64,000 bases of DNA from Octopus vulgaris. Its lineage: Eukaryota. The position numbers and the translations under genes were made by a program. Each line of letters begins with the position of its first letter. Position 1 is the stretch's first letter. Shown piece by piece: positions 27,169-40,930 of the stretch. The notes below the pieces were generated by a model, which saw only the letters and a program-made list of their open reading frames with translations, had not been told where the DNA came from and did no database searches. The stretch covers positions 43,524,001 to 43,588,000 of the forward strand of contig OX597834.1 in assembly GCA_951406725.2 (NCBI GenBank), in the 5' to 3' direction.

Positions 27169-28067
27169 GTGCGCCGGCAAGCACGCATGCACGCACGCAG
27201 CTATAATTTCTACACTTGAAGACAAGCCCACACGGTGAAAGAGTGTGTGTGCTAGAAGTTATTAAATGAAAAGCGATACAATATTAAAAACTTACATTTT
27301 GTGTGCGCTGATGTACGTTATATTTAATAATAAAGAATGAAGCATTTCTGGAAGCTTAATTGTCACTTTACTGGTGGCTTATCTTCTTCAAATATTTATA
27401 GGGGCTCACACAGACGTTTCCTTAATATTTGACAATAATTCCTTCAGATGATATCATTATGAAGATGTTAGACGATATCTGTAGGAAAGCAACAACAGAA
27501 CGCTCGTGAAATGAAAAAAAAAAAAATTCCGTTTGATGTCACCTAATCAAAAGCTACGTGACGGATTAAGTACGAACCGCACCTGACTGATTCGCTGTGG
27601 CTGGTCTTTGTGAGGACATTTTGGTAAAAACGAATGAGTGGTTTAGCTGGAGGCTCAAACCAATGGGTTCATATCCCAATTAAACGGCACCACCAAGCCA
27701 TGATTAACTTATCGTTATAATATATCGAAGGAAAAGAAAGTTTCTTTGCAAAGAGTATTCTGTAAAACGACAAGAAAGAAAGGAAACGTAAAGACGAGAA
27801 ACATAAATATAATGAGCGGATCACATCATTATACATGCATTAGATATTCAATCTACTTGGGGTTTCGTTCCGTTTCGTTTTCTACATTTTATTTAGTCCG
27901 TTCTTCATTTTGTTTATGTTTTTGTATCTTTGTATCAGAATCCCGAACGTATCCTGTGTTTATCCAGTTAAAATATTTTAATGATAGTGAATAAATTGGT
28001 TCCAATTGGCCTCTTCATGTAAGAATCTATATATCTGTCTCTGTCTCTCTACCCACTGTCTGCCTAT

Positions 28068-28069
<2 letters not shown>

Positions 28070-28111
<42 letters not shown>

Positions 28112-28165
28112 ACATATATATTTATATATATATATACATATACATATATAGAGGGAAAGATATAT

Positions 28166-28204
<39 letters not shown>

Positions 28205-28628
28205 CATAATATACATATATATATATACATGTATATACATACATAGAGAGATATATACATATATATATAAATGTATATATATATATACATTTATATACAT
28301 ATATATATATACATATATTTATACATACACAACTATATATATACACAACTAAATATATATTTCTTTGTACATATATACACATATATATGTATATGTGTAT
28401 GCATTTATATATATATATGTACACACAAACACAGGCACACACACATATATGTACATATGTATACATGCATACATATATGCATTCATATATGCATACATAT
28501 ATGTATATACATACATAGAAATAAAAAACGTATCAACACAAAATTGAGTTGAATAGCTAATAGGCTTTGATATAGTGGAACATTCTATGTGACATCAAGT
28601 GCCTATCAATAAATACATACATACATAC

Positions 28629-28704
<76 letters not shown>

Positions 28705-28745
28705 TTATATATGTATGTATGCATGTATGTATGTATGTATATACA
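28070..28745. repeat. Compound (CA)n/(TA)n microsatellites
   Basis: Directly visible. Confidence 0.93.
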
Positions 28746-29017
28746 CATAAAGGAATACGCGAACGTTCAAACAGACATGCGGGCTTTCATAAAAGCAGGT
28801 ACATGGAATTGATTATGTATATCTAACATCCTATACGTTAATATACTTATATGTGTATATTTGCATATATTTGCATATGCGTGAGTGTCGCATAATGTCA
28901 ACATGACGCATCGGCCTATACATGTGTGCTTGAATATATGAACGTAACGTATATTCTATGCTCTGATTAATGGAATCTATACTTACAGTAACACACACAT
29001 ATACACATAATTAGACA

Positions 29018-29049
<32 letters not shown>

Positions 29050-29270
29050 TGCATTCATTCACACGCGTTCACACACACACATTCATTCAAGCCCTCACCA
29101 AATATATAAACTTACACAAATACATCATAATGAAGATGCTGAAAAAATTTACAAAACCTGCTGAAGGGATGAGGCTTTCTCGCATGCCATGTAGCAGTAA
29201 TTTTGGTATGTGCCAAACAGGAAACCCACAGCTCATGTGTTACTAGTATAACTTCTCTGTGGAATAAATA

Positions 29271-29351
<81 letters not shown>

Positions 29352-29414
29352 TAAATGTATGTATATATGTATGTATGTATTAATGTGTATTTGCATATAA
29401 ATAAATATATACGC

Positions 29415-29660
29415 TCTTTTGAAGCCTAGCCAGGTTCATGGGCCCGCTTTCCTGGTTTCTGTGGTGTATATGTTCTCCAGCTGGACGGGACGCCAGTCCA
29501 TCGTAGCGTTCCTCATTTATGCCAGCTGAGTGCACTGAAGCAAGTGAAAGTGAAATGCAATGTTTTGCTCAAGAACCAAACGCGTCACCCGATCCAGGAA
29601 TCGAAACCACAATCTTACGATCATGATGCTGACACCCTAACCACTAAGGTACGCGCCTCC
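29415..29660 (-). mobile_element. SINE family C
   Basis: Reverse complement ggaggcgcgtaccttagtggttagggtgtc...ggtttcgattcctggatc...ttcttgagcaaaaca matches 9366-9612. Confidence 0.85.
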
Positions 29661-29969
29661 ACATGTATATATATTTATATATACATATATATATATGTAT
29701 TGTGTATCTATTCATACACGCACGCACACAGTATATACACACACATAACTTACGACAATTCTTTCTGCAGTATTGTATTAGTATATTCATAGATTATAAC
29801 CTACCGTTTCATTCACCATCTTCAGTTAAACTTTCAAACATGTAAGCTCTCAGACAGGTAAGATAATACATTGGTCATGACAAATCCAACATTGTTATGA
29901 ATTGAAATATAAAAATTATTGGAGAAAATTAGAAATAAACAGAATCCAGAATGTTAGAACTGAAGAATG

Positions 29970-30500
29970 TTGCTTGTGTCTCATAGATGGAAAGAAACTT
30001 GAAATATAAATGAGAATCGTTTCTTATCACTGCAAAGTAACAATCCATTGGAGTAAATTTAGTAACGATAAGTAGTCATAATACACAGTCATACAGCAAA
30101 CGCAGATTATGTGGAGTAGGGGACGAAAATGTTCAGTATCTTTCGAGTGATCGCAGTAATCTGGCAGGAAAAAAGCAATGTTATAGCAAGCATGGCGATA
30201 CTGGTAAACATGCTTAAAAAGATGTTCGTCAAGTCTGTGGGTTTGAAGTGATGGCTCACGAATGAAATGCTGTATGGTGACTGATAACTGAGGGATATTA
30301 TGGGATTTCTCAGTAAAGACTAATTATAATAAGACGACCAGATATAATCGTGAATACGAATAATCATTGACCACGCAATCCCATAAGACATTAGATATAA
30401 GGAAAACTGAAAAATCTTAGGACGTAGCAGAAAGTGTAAGTTATTTGTGAGTGACAATTGTTCTTCTTGTAATTGATGCGTTCGAGAAAGCGTCCAAACC
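29970..30500 (+). mobile_element. R4/Dong-type (restriction-like endonuclease) non-LTR retrotransposon remnant
   Basis: Ordered decayed motifs: ESFLITAK*Q (ETESLIIAAQDQ-like), SKRRLCGVGDENVQY (KCRLC...ETVQH), ILWDFSVKT, RRPDIIV, IDHAIP*D, VTIVLLVIDAF (VVPIVIGALG). Confidence 0.8.
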
Positions 30501-32310
30501 GCTAACTATACGGTACCCCATTTGCCACTGTTTTCATTATCATACCATAGCGTATCTCAATCGAAAGTGTTTAGTTAAACATTATTTAGTTTATCACGTA
30601 ATAAATTACCTTCTATTATACGACGAGTAATTATCATCCGAATGAGGTTTATCCCTCATATGCAAGTAATCAGCATTAACTCTATCAGCTGTAGGTCTTC
30701 TTTTGGACTAAGTTAATAAGTTATTCTGTTTGAGAGTATGGGAAGAATTACTGCTTCTGTTTGGCGTATTGTTTAGCTTACTCGCTATGCTTTTCATTAA
30801 ATAGCTTTTATTCGTTGCATCATTAATCCTATAGTCATTAAGTGGGCGCTTTAATAAAGGATCTGTGATTTGTTAAATTCTCTTCTTGTAAACACTCCTC
30901 CGTAAGGCTTCGTTTAACATTCTCCGTAATTATCAAGAATGTCTTCATTAGCGGAAAGGTTAAAACTCCTAACAGATGCATATTTTTGTAACGATATTTA
31001 TAATGGATGTAGAGTGGGTGGACACTTTATGCACGTACTGGAGACATTTGTTAGCCGCTGCGAGCTGATCTAGGAGTGTAAACACACCATTTGTCCAACA
31101 TGTGAGACATATTCTCTGTGACAAAACGCAGTGAGTAGCTTGTTCCCCAGTTCGAACATGCACCAAGCATATTTGGACTGATAGTAACATTGTATTCGTT
31201 ATGATTGTGGAAATGGTAGTAAATGATTTAAGTATAATATACAACGTAACGGAGAGCAGAATAAGTAAAAAGCCAAGGAAAATAAAACGAAATTATTAGA
31301 TCAATGATGGATTAACACGGGGAAATAATATCCAGAAATGTTTTCCAAAAAACCCTTATGTATTTAATTATATCTACAGGCAGACTGAAGCCGCGCAGCT
31401 ATTTATATGAAAAGAAAGTTAAAATAATATATAATAAAAATTTGAAGTAAGAAATATTGTAAATAATATAATATTTAAAAGAGCTAATTGCTGCTAGACC
31501 TCTACAGATCAGAGAAATCAGCAAAAAAATATAATTTATTAAACACAAATCGTTTACTCGAAATAGGAAAACAACTCAATGAGGATAGAGAAATAAAAGC
31601 AACATCCCACAGCAGAATAAAAGGAAACATTTCGAAGAAATACAAGAAAAACACCTACTACAAAAGATGCCCGATTAATTATAGAGTAGAGTAATTTTAT
31701 AATTAACGAAAGAAGTTAAAAGATCGGTAAATTGGACGAAAATAATACTTCAAATGTCATCATGGGTCGAAATTGAAACGTGTAGAAGAAATACCTGTCT
31801 GTCTTCTTGGTAACTTAGCTGGAACTTTAAGTGTATTAATAAATAAAATACTTATAATATGTAGTATATGTAGCAAGGTACCACAATAAGTGCATTTGAT
31901 CATGGTCTTTCTTAAATGTTGGTATATGTTATGGCAAGTAGGAGTGGATGCTATGTGCAGGCCCAAGGTTCTTTTACATGTGTTCTGGTTGAACTTGAAA
32001 TATGTGTTTCAGAAAATGTTAGAAAAGAGCTGGTGGCTACTTGTGGCTGTAAGACCACAGCAGGGTGGGTTTTTTTAAAGATAGCATATGGCTCGTCCGA
32101 GGTTAAAAGCTTCGAAGACTGGTACAGAAGTGTAGAGAGATAAAGCGATAAAGCGTCAAGACTGTTTAGGCATGTACGCAGATGGGCTGAGGTTCGTCTC
32201 TAGAAGACTACATCTGGACTGACTACACAACCAGGAAAAGAACGTAGAACAGCTTTGATTTAAAAATACTTCTGATACACGCATTGATATTGCTATTGAA
32301 TACAAGACGC

Positions 32311-32503
32311 ACGCTGGCCAAAATGCTTAGCGGCACTTCGGCCATCTTTACATTCCGAGTTCATATTCCAACGCGGCCGACTTTGCCCTTCACCCTTTTA
32401 GGATCGATAAAAGAAGTACCAAGTTGAGGACTTCAGTCAGTGTAATCGACCTATGCCTTCTTTCGAAAATGCAGGTCTTGTCCCAAAATTTAAAACCGAT
32501 ATT
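32311..32503 (+). mobile_element. SINE family B (diverged, tail B3)
   Basis: aaaatgcttagcggcacttcg...gactttgcccttcaccc...gtaatcgacc. Confidence 0.8.
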
Positions 32504-32535
32504 ACTATTAAACAAGACAAAGTTGCTTTCCTTGT

Positions 32536-32811
32536 TTGACCTTATACTCAGTAAAAGAGATGGAGGTAATCACCACAAGACTTTATAAGACAACAGCCGG
32601 CAGAAACCTCTGCGCACTTCAAGTCAGTAATCTCCACGCAGTACCAAGCACAACTGCAGTCACAATAAATCACCTTAAATTCACAAGAGATGGAGCAAGA
32701 CAACCTATCGAGACTCTAGTAACTAACATTTCCAAAGCATTTCAAAACTTAATGGATATCGCACGACTTCTCTCCATCTCTCAGTTCATCACAGAAGGCA
32801 CAGTGGTGTGA
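32536..32811 (+). mobile_element. Possible heavily decayed LINE reverse-transcriptase fragment
   Basis: SVKEMEVI...ST...ETLVTNISKAF has spacing like SKVMExII...RST...LDISKAFD of CR1/L2/Jockey-group RT; weak. Confidence 0.35.
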
Positions 32812-33022
32812 CAAGATGGCTGGTTATGGGTTAACACCATTTGTAAAGCAGTAAGATATTCACTGTTTGAATGAAGCGATGTTTTATTTGAAATTCATGC
32901 TTGTTCCAAAATTGTCATTATTGACACTGTTGTCTGCTCACAGAGACGCATGCGCATACACAATGCATATGCATGTAAACACACACATGTATATATATAT
33001 ATACATGTGTGTGTTTACATGC

Positions 33023-33064
<42 letters not shown>

Positions 33065-34249
33065 GCACACGTATGCATTTGTGCATACGCACATGCACAT
33101 ATATGTACGGAGACATACGTAATTAACAATATATTTATAAATAAATACGTGCATGTGTGTGTTTATATATATATATACTCACACAAATTTTAATGTGCTA
33201 TATATATACGTATATATAAGGTTATGTACTTGTGTATATTTCAATAGAAATGCATTGCGTAAACACACATACAAGCATACATACATTTGTGTGCATGCAT
33301 GCGTTTACGTGTGTAAAGATACATATATATACATATAAATATATAAGTATAAATATATACGCATATATACATGTATATACTCACATCTATCTGTGAGTCA
33401 GCGAGTGTACGAATATGCTTCTCAGTGTGCGTCTGTCTGCGCGTGTGAGTCTGTATATGTGCGTGTGTACGTGTGTGTCTGTGTGTCCACGTCTGTGCTC
33501 GTGTGTGTATATTTTGGTGGCAGGCTAAGCAGACACAATTTTGAGAATGAATGACAAGACGATAAGAAATTACAAATTTCATTATTGAACCGAAGACAAT
33601 GCAGAATTCAGAAGAGGAAAAAAAAACACGAACATATTTAAAATTTTAATTATTTAATAGGTAATTAATTAAATAATTAATTAATTAATTACAGATGTGG
33701 AATTAGAAAACGTGCGAGTGTGGTATAGTCATGGTGATAAGAGTTGTTAATTGAATTCAGGGATTGGTGTGAAAACGTGATTTTTCTCATATCTGCCTTT
33801 ACTATATTCTGCTTCCAAGTTTTCAAGAAAGAACAATATAACAAGAATTCGTTCTTTATTTATTCGAATCCTTTTACATGTTCCTGAAACAATATTATTT
33901 CTTTTACTCTTTTGAAATATTCATATTCATGAACTTTTCAAAATTTAATTTCTTTTTTTTTTTTAACACTTGTTTCTAAATGTGCAACTTTTACGGGTTC
34001 TAAATATAATATACAACATGGTTTGCTTCAATAATGATTGTTTCGTAGAGTTACAAGTATGTCCTCAAAGTTTCTTACTTTTGTCTGAATAAATTTTTTG
34101 TGAATTTGTCTCGAAACTGGCTACTGTGTCCTTGCTTTTTTATTATGTTTACCCTTCTATTTTATTATTTTATTCCCTTATCCGGTCAGAAACAGCAAGT
34201 AGAATAAGTTAATGGACGCCGATACCATATTGATTTCATCAAAATTGTT

Positions 34250-34530
34250 GTCTAGTGATGAAGTGTGAATTTGATCATTGGACCGGCTCGAAACAATAGT
34301 CAAGTTTCCTCATGTCTCATGCGCGCCCATCTTAAAACAGCATGCTCGAGCAGGTTCAACAATCACAAACTTTCGTTTAATATCCAAGTGGGATTACTGT
34401 AACCATTCGGGCGAAACGAGGATGGATTTTGAATAAAAACGACGTACATCAAGTGAAAGATACTTGAAAATTCCAAACTTACATCCGTAACAGTAGGAAC
34501 AGCAGGCAGTTTGGCATAGAGAAGAATCAT
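34250..34530 (+). mobile_element. Possible pogo/Tigger-like transposase relic
   Basis: Fragments SSDE...NHKL...YPSGITVTIRAKRGWI...AVWHR loosely resemble DDE_1 motifs (KGWM); many stops. Confidence 0.25.
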
Positions 34531-34695
34531 ATGAAGAACTCCCTCCATCCAAAGTGAACTTTACCCATCCTGTCCTCATATGTGTAGATATACTTCAGCA
34601 AACTAGTCGACTGTAATATAAGTGTTGGTTCTTCCACCGTTGGTATTTCATTTACTGCAATTGAAAAGTTAATAAAACATTTTATAAAACAGCAA

Positions 34696-34970
34696 GGCGT
34701 AGGAGTGGCAGTGTGGTAAGTAGCATGCTTACCAACCACATGGTTCCGGGTTCAGTCTCACTGCGTGGCACCTTGGGCAAGTGTCTTCTACTATAGCCTC
34801 AAGCCTACCAAAGCATTGTGAGTGGATTTGGTAGACGGAAACTGAAAGAAGCCCGTCGTATATATGTATGTGTTTGTGTGTTTGCGTTTGTCCCCCAAAC
34901 ATCGCTTGACAACCGATGCTGGTGTGTTTATATCCTCATAACATGGTGGTTTGGCTTAAGAGACTAATAA
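34696..34970 (+). mobile_element. SINE family A, 3'-truncated
   Basis: ggcgtaggagtggcagtgtggtaag...gggttcagtctc...accttgggcaagtgtcttc; collinear with 37780. Confidence 0.92.
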
Positions 34971-34974
34971 AGAG

Positions 34975-35077
34975 ACCGTGGCTATAGTAAAAGACACTTA
35001 AACAAGTTGATGTACAGAGGGATTGAACTCGCCGCCACGGGGCTGCAAAGCGTTCTGCTTATCCACTCAGCCATGGC
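34975..35077 (-). mobile_element. SINE family A-like head (diverged)
   Basis: Reverse complement atggctgagtggataagc...gagttcaatccc...aagtgtcttttactatagcc. Confidence 0.7.
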
Positions 35078-35147
35078 GAGTCAACATTAGTGGCTTCGTC
35101 GGTATTCTTTTTTGTAGCTTGTGTTTCGGCAGTTTCTGAGTATTTAT

Positions 35148-35312
35148 TTATTTATTCCCCACATGGGACAAACAAGGACAGACAAAGGGATTAAGTCGAT
35201 TACATCGACCCCATTGCGTAACTGGTACTTATTTAATTGACCTCGCAAGGTTGAAAGGCAAAGTCGGAAAATGAACTCAGAACGTAACGTCAGACGAAAT
35301 ACCGCTAAGCAG
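35148..35312 (-). mobile_element. SINE family B (tail B1, with deletions)
   Basis: ggacaaacaaggacagacaaagggattaagtcgattacatcgacccc...gaaaggcaaagtcg. Confidence 0.85.
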
Positions 35313-36139
35313 ATTCCGAGTATTTCTGGGCACTTCGTCAGTGTTAAAAGCCGGTTTTCACAATACTGTGATGCCTACGAACGGTGCACTAAAAACACAG
35401 AATTCTCCAAATAAGTACTAACTTGACATTCTGCAAATTTCATTCCATTTTTCTGCAACATTTTGTAATTACATGTTATGGCCGTTTCGAAATTACATTC
35501 TAATGTTTTCAGATATTGGATTTTTAATGCTCCCTACGTGGGAAACAAGTTTTGTTGCATGAGGAAAAAATAATGAGAAGGGTGTTGGGTGAGTTTAGAT
35601 CTATTGAGCGGAATGCAACACAAAGTTTTTTTACGTTCTGACAAATATACAAGTTTTTTTGCAAAATATTCTAAATTTCTGTGGATATACACACAAAGAG
35701 GAATATACATATAAGCATCCATACATATGTTTTATATACATACACACACATACATTACATATAAATGCACACTTTAAGAATTATACAATCATCATTCATA
35801 TCATTATAAATATATATATATACATGTCTATTTCTAATATATATATATATATATATATAAACGTCGTACATATATATATATATACATACATATATACGCA
35901 TTTATATATATAGGCATGCATAAATGTATGTATGTATATATGTGTGTGTTTGTGTTTGTATGTGGGTGTGTGTATTCATATACGCATAGGTGTTCATACC
36001 TACAAATAATCAGCCACATGCATACATGCGGGGACAATCACACACACATACGTATATACATGAATTCATAAATTTATCTACATATACACATGTATATGCG
36101 TGTGATTGCATTGTGTATGAAAGCATACATACTTCCATC

Positions 36140-36403
36140 GATGCACACACACACACACATATATATATATATGTATATACATACATATATGCATACATAC
36201 ATATATATACATATATATATATATATAGTATAGATATATATATATATGTATATGTACATGTATATAAATATATATATATGTATACATACATATATATATA
36301 TATATGTATATGTATACACACATGTATGTATACATATATATATATATATGTATACATACATGTATATATGTATACATACTTAGATAGATATATATATGTA
36401 TAC

Positions 36404-36437
<34 letters not shown>

Positions 36438-36454
36438 ATATATACATATATGTT

Positions 36455-36509
<55 letters not shown>

Positions 36510-36510
36510 G
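36140..36510. repeat. Degenerate (TA)n/(TG)n microsatellite
   Basis: Directly visible. Confidence 0.93.
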
Positions 36511-37779
36511 CTTATGATCTATATCCCTCCCCTCTGCTGATAATTTCTTCGAATTATATACAACGCAGTAATTTTTAGCCAAAGAGCTAAATATGCTTCA
36601 GCCTTGGAGCAACAATAACCTCCATACAAAGATTATTACTAGACAATATAGCTAATGGAAGTAATGGACTTGTTTCAATATATCCGGAAGTAGGATAAAA
36701 GTGTTTGCATGTCTAATGATTCGTTTTTCACTAAATAACAACAAATAATATGAACAGCAAAGAAGAAAACAATAATGTGCCCCCCACCCCACCCCCACAT
36801 CGCCACCATTTGTTTTGAATCGTCGCAAAAGAGCAGTGAGAATGAGAAAGAACAAGAAGGGGTTTATTGTGAACGGAATTGTACTAAAATTGTTGTGGGT
36901 TAATAACCATTGCTGGATGGAGAGAGAGAGGAAGATTGTTTTTTTTTTTTTTGTTTTAGTTTTTATTTTTTTTCCATTTTTGTTCCGATATTGGTCAATC
37001 AATTAAGCGCTTCACTAATCACCCACAAGCGGTATTAGCACATTTTGTGAATCTGCGTGGGTGGGTGTGCGCATGTTATTGTTGTTTGTTTCTGTGTACG
37101 TGTAGAAAACAACATACATACATATACATATACACATACACACACACACATATATATATATACGTACACGCACACTCACCCGTGTCTATATTACGCGCAG
37201 GCACGCACAAACACACACACACACACACACACGTATGATGAGTTACTGTTCTTCTATGGATTATTTGAAAAGTATAATTTTACCCAAAGTAAACAGCAGG
37301 TTTTATTTTTCCTTAAAAGGGAATTTATTCATCGATTTAATGAGGTTCTATCAGAACGGAATACTATACTTAATCTAATGAGAAATTATTAACTCACATC
37401 TATTTATAGGGAATGCAAGGTACGTAGGACTCAGTTAAGTTAACGAGCTTAATTTGCATATGACATCATGGATTAATTAGCCTGTTAATTGTGCAGTACT
37501 TCTTAGTAGAAGGTTACTGCCCATGAAATTATGGAATTTTTAACAGGTCTTTCATTGCAGTAGATTATTTACACCAAGAGCAACCAAGGACCTCTAAATG
37601 GGTTCAGTCTAATATAAAGAATTCATAGCAATACAGATAATTCAAGAGTCTTGCTTGGTCACAGAATCTGCTGGTCATCAAGATCATAAGGATTAAATAA
37701 ATTGAAATCGATGGCAGAATCTTTTGGCTTATCTGTTGTTCGAGAAGATCAAAGCTGAAACTGAAACGGTACAGATATA

Positions 37780-38213
37780 GGCGTAGGAGTGGCTGTGTGG
37801 TAAGTAGCTTGCTTAGCAACCACATGGTTCCGGGTTCAGTCCCAACTGCGTGGCACCTTGGGCAAGTGTCTTCTAACTTTAGTCTCGGGCCGACCAAAGA
37901 CTTGCGAGTGGATTTGGTAGACCGAAACTGAAAGAAGCCCGTCGTATATATGTATATGTATGTGTATGTGTATGTGTGTGTATGTGTGTGTTTGTGTGTA
38001 TGTTTGTGTGTCTGTGTTTGTCCCCCAACATCGCTTGACAACCGATGGTGGTGTGTTTACGTCCCCGTAACTTAGCGGTTCGGCAAAAGAGACTGATAGA
38101 ATAAGTACAAGGCTTACAAACAATGAGTCCTTATGTCCATTTGCTCGTCTAAAGGCGGTGCTCCAGCATAGCCACAGTCAACTGACTGAAACAAGTAAAA
38201 GAGTAAAAGAGAG
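37780..38213 (+). mobile_element. SINE family A, full length
   Basis: tRNA-like head (A-box tggctgtgtggtaag, B-box gggttcagtccc), accttgggcaagt body, internal microsatellite, tail ggcggtgctccagcat...cagtcaactgactgaaacaa(gtaaaaga)n. Confidence 0.95.
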
Positions 38214-38788
38214 TAATATGAGAGTTACAGAATACAATGAGAATGTATGCTCTTAAATACAGGTCTCAATCTCTGCTGATATCGCTAAATATCTAAGGGA
38301 AACTATCAGATCGCAAACACCTTGTTTTGGGAATAGGCAAGAAATAGTGTGCGAAAGCTTGTACTTAATTTAGTATTATAAAGTAGAATGTGAACCAATG
38401 CCAAGGAAAAACCATACCAGGGTGTCCCTCGATAACTACTCTCTAAACCTGAGAAACAAAATGATTTTACGTCAGAATAAGGAAAATTAACCTTTAAATA
38501 AATGTAGAAAATATATATGAAAGCTGGTAGCATGATTTGCTAATTGTTATACAAAGTGAATTCTTCGGGCACAAGTAAAGCTTGATCCAGAATAAATTAT
38601 CAGAAATCTCTCAAACGAGGCTCTCCCATCTTATTTTTGGATATACAATGTTTACTTCTACACTATGCAATGGGCTGATCGAGAAAGATTTTGTTGCTAC
38701 TTCTAGCAGGCATTGAACGAGGACGCAAAGGCTTCATCACAACGTCATTCAGATGTAGGATCCAATTGTATTTCTCAATTGAAAATTA

Positions 38789-38996
38789 CCTATTTCCTTA
38801 CTACCCACAAGGGGCTAAACGCAGAGAAGACAAACAAGGACAGACAAACGGATTAAGTCGATTACATCGACCTCAGTGCGTAACTGGTACTTATTTAATT
38901 GACCCTGAAAGGATGAAAGGCAAAGACGACCTCGGCGGAATTTGAACTCAGAACATAACCGCAGACGAAATACCACAAAGCATTTCGCCCGACATG
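38789..38996 (-). mobile_element. SINE family B (tail B1)
   Basis: Reverse complement is collinear with 48850-49052. Confidence 0.92.
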
Positions 38997-39771
38997 GTAC
39001 GTATATATAGATATTGCATGGCAGCTTGGTGGAAATGACGCCAATTTTATATCATCCAGTTGCAAAACGAATGCTGATATTCGGCATATAATATATCTTA
39101 TATAATAGCGATCACAATATCTTTAATTAATCGAGATTGCAAGCGTGTCTTGTCTGTAGGCGTAGAATAGCTCCACTGAGGGGATGCGAACCGCCGATCG
39201 TTCCAGTCTGATGCCTCTATCGATTAAAACGACCTACCAGTAGCAACTAGAACGCAGAAGCTAATGGAAACCAATATTTGAATAATTAAAAAGAAATTAG
39301 GAATAATATCACAAACATTGTTGATAGACTGTTTCATCATGAGCTGGTTGAATAGCAATCTAATTGGTAAAATATATGCAGTAGTCGTGGCAGTGATGGC
39401 GGCGGTGGTGGCGCTGGCGGTGTAGGTAGCTATTGGTAGAGTTCTTCATTCGATTAAAATAGTTTGTCAACAAATATAAAGACTATTTATTGACAATCAT
39501 TGTTTTCTGATGCAACATTAAATATTATTTGATATTGACTTAATGTAAATCATACATTCACTCTTTAATTCATTGTAAATAATAATTGATGTTGAGGGGG
39601 GGGAGCGTTTTGCTTTGTCTTCCTTGGTATTTTTTTGTGTGTTTTTATTTTTCGTTTTTTCTTTTTTTCTTTTTGTTGTTGTTGCTCTACAGTGAAGTCT
39701 TAATTTGCCGCTAAAGAGTTTAATTACAATGCAAATTATTATTGTTATAAGATCCCACGCAAATACATAAA

Positions 39772-40145
<374 letters not shown>

Positions 40146-40722
40146 CATGGGTGTATGTGTGAAATTGTGCACGTCTGTATGACTCGGTGCGTGGCCGAGC
40201 CAGTGTCGATACGCATGTGAGTGTGCGTACGTGCGCGCACGCTTATGTGTTCGTAAAAACAACTGGATCCACAATTAAAAAAAAATATATATATATGACT
40301 GAATGAGATAAAACACGTAATATTTTTTCTGCTTATTGAATTACAGCTTGCAAACTGCCATATTGATTTAGTTGCTATAACCTCATCACATATAAGGGTG
40401 CGTAGATAGAGACATCTTTGTCTCATATTTAAATGGCGGTCTTATTTACTTGATGGCGAATATGAAAAAGGGGAAAGAAAGAAGTAAGAAAAGAAGGGCA
40501 AAATGTGTGACCCAAGCGAAAACAAAAAAGAAAAGGTAAACTTAGTAGAAGATTATTAGCGGACACTACTACATGTTGTTTAAATTTGAATTTTTACGTT
40601 AATTTAATTGTTATAGTAATCAGCTAATTTACAATGCAAGAGTAGATAACTTTGCGTAGATATAATAAAGACTATTTTATCGATTTATGGTTAAATCGAA
40701 ACATTATTAGGTAATTATAGAA

Positions 40723-40930
40723 GGCGTCGAGCTGGAAGAAATTATTAGCACGCCGGGCGAAATGCCTAGCCATATTTCGTCTGCCGCTACGTTCTGAGTT
40801 CAAATTCCGCCGAGGTCGACTTTGTCTTTCAGGGTCAATGAAATAATTACCAGTTATGCACTGGGGTCGAGTAATCGACTGGCCCTCTCCCCACAAAATT
40901 TCCAAGACCTTGTGCCTAGAGTAGAAATAA
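40723..40930 (+). mobile_element. SINE family B (tail B2)
   Basis: Collinear with 1409-1624; taattata flanks both ends. Confidence 0.9.

Noticed and set aside
31250-32280. Possible old LINE linker region
   Set aside because: Only vague lysine-rich resemblance; no diagnostic motif
34707-34725. tRNA gene or miR-34-like tggcagtgtggt
   Set aside because: It is the tRNA-derived head of SINE A; no complete cloverleaf or terminator
38415-38455. QGVPR, similar to the RT GVPQG motif
   Set aside because: Immediately followed by a stop, and no YADD-like motif downstream
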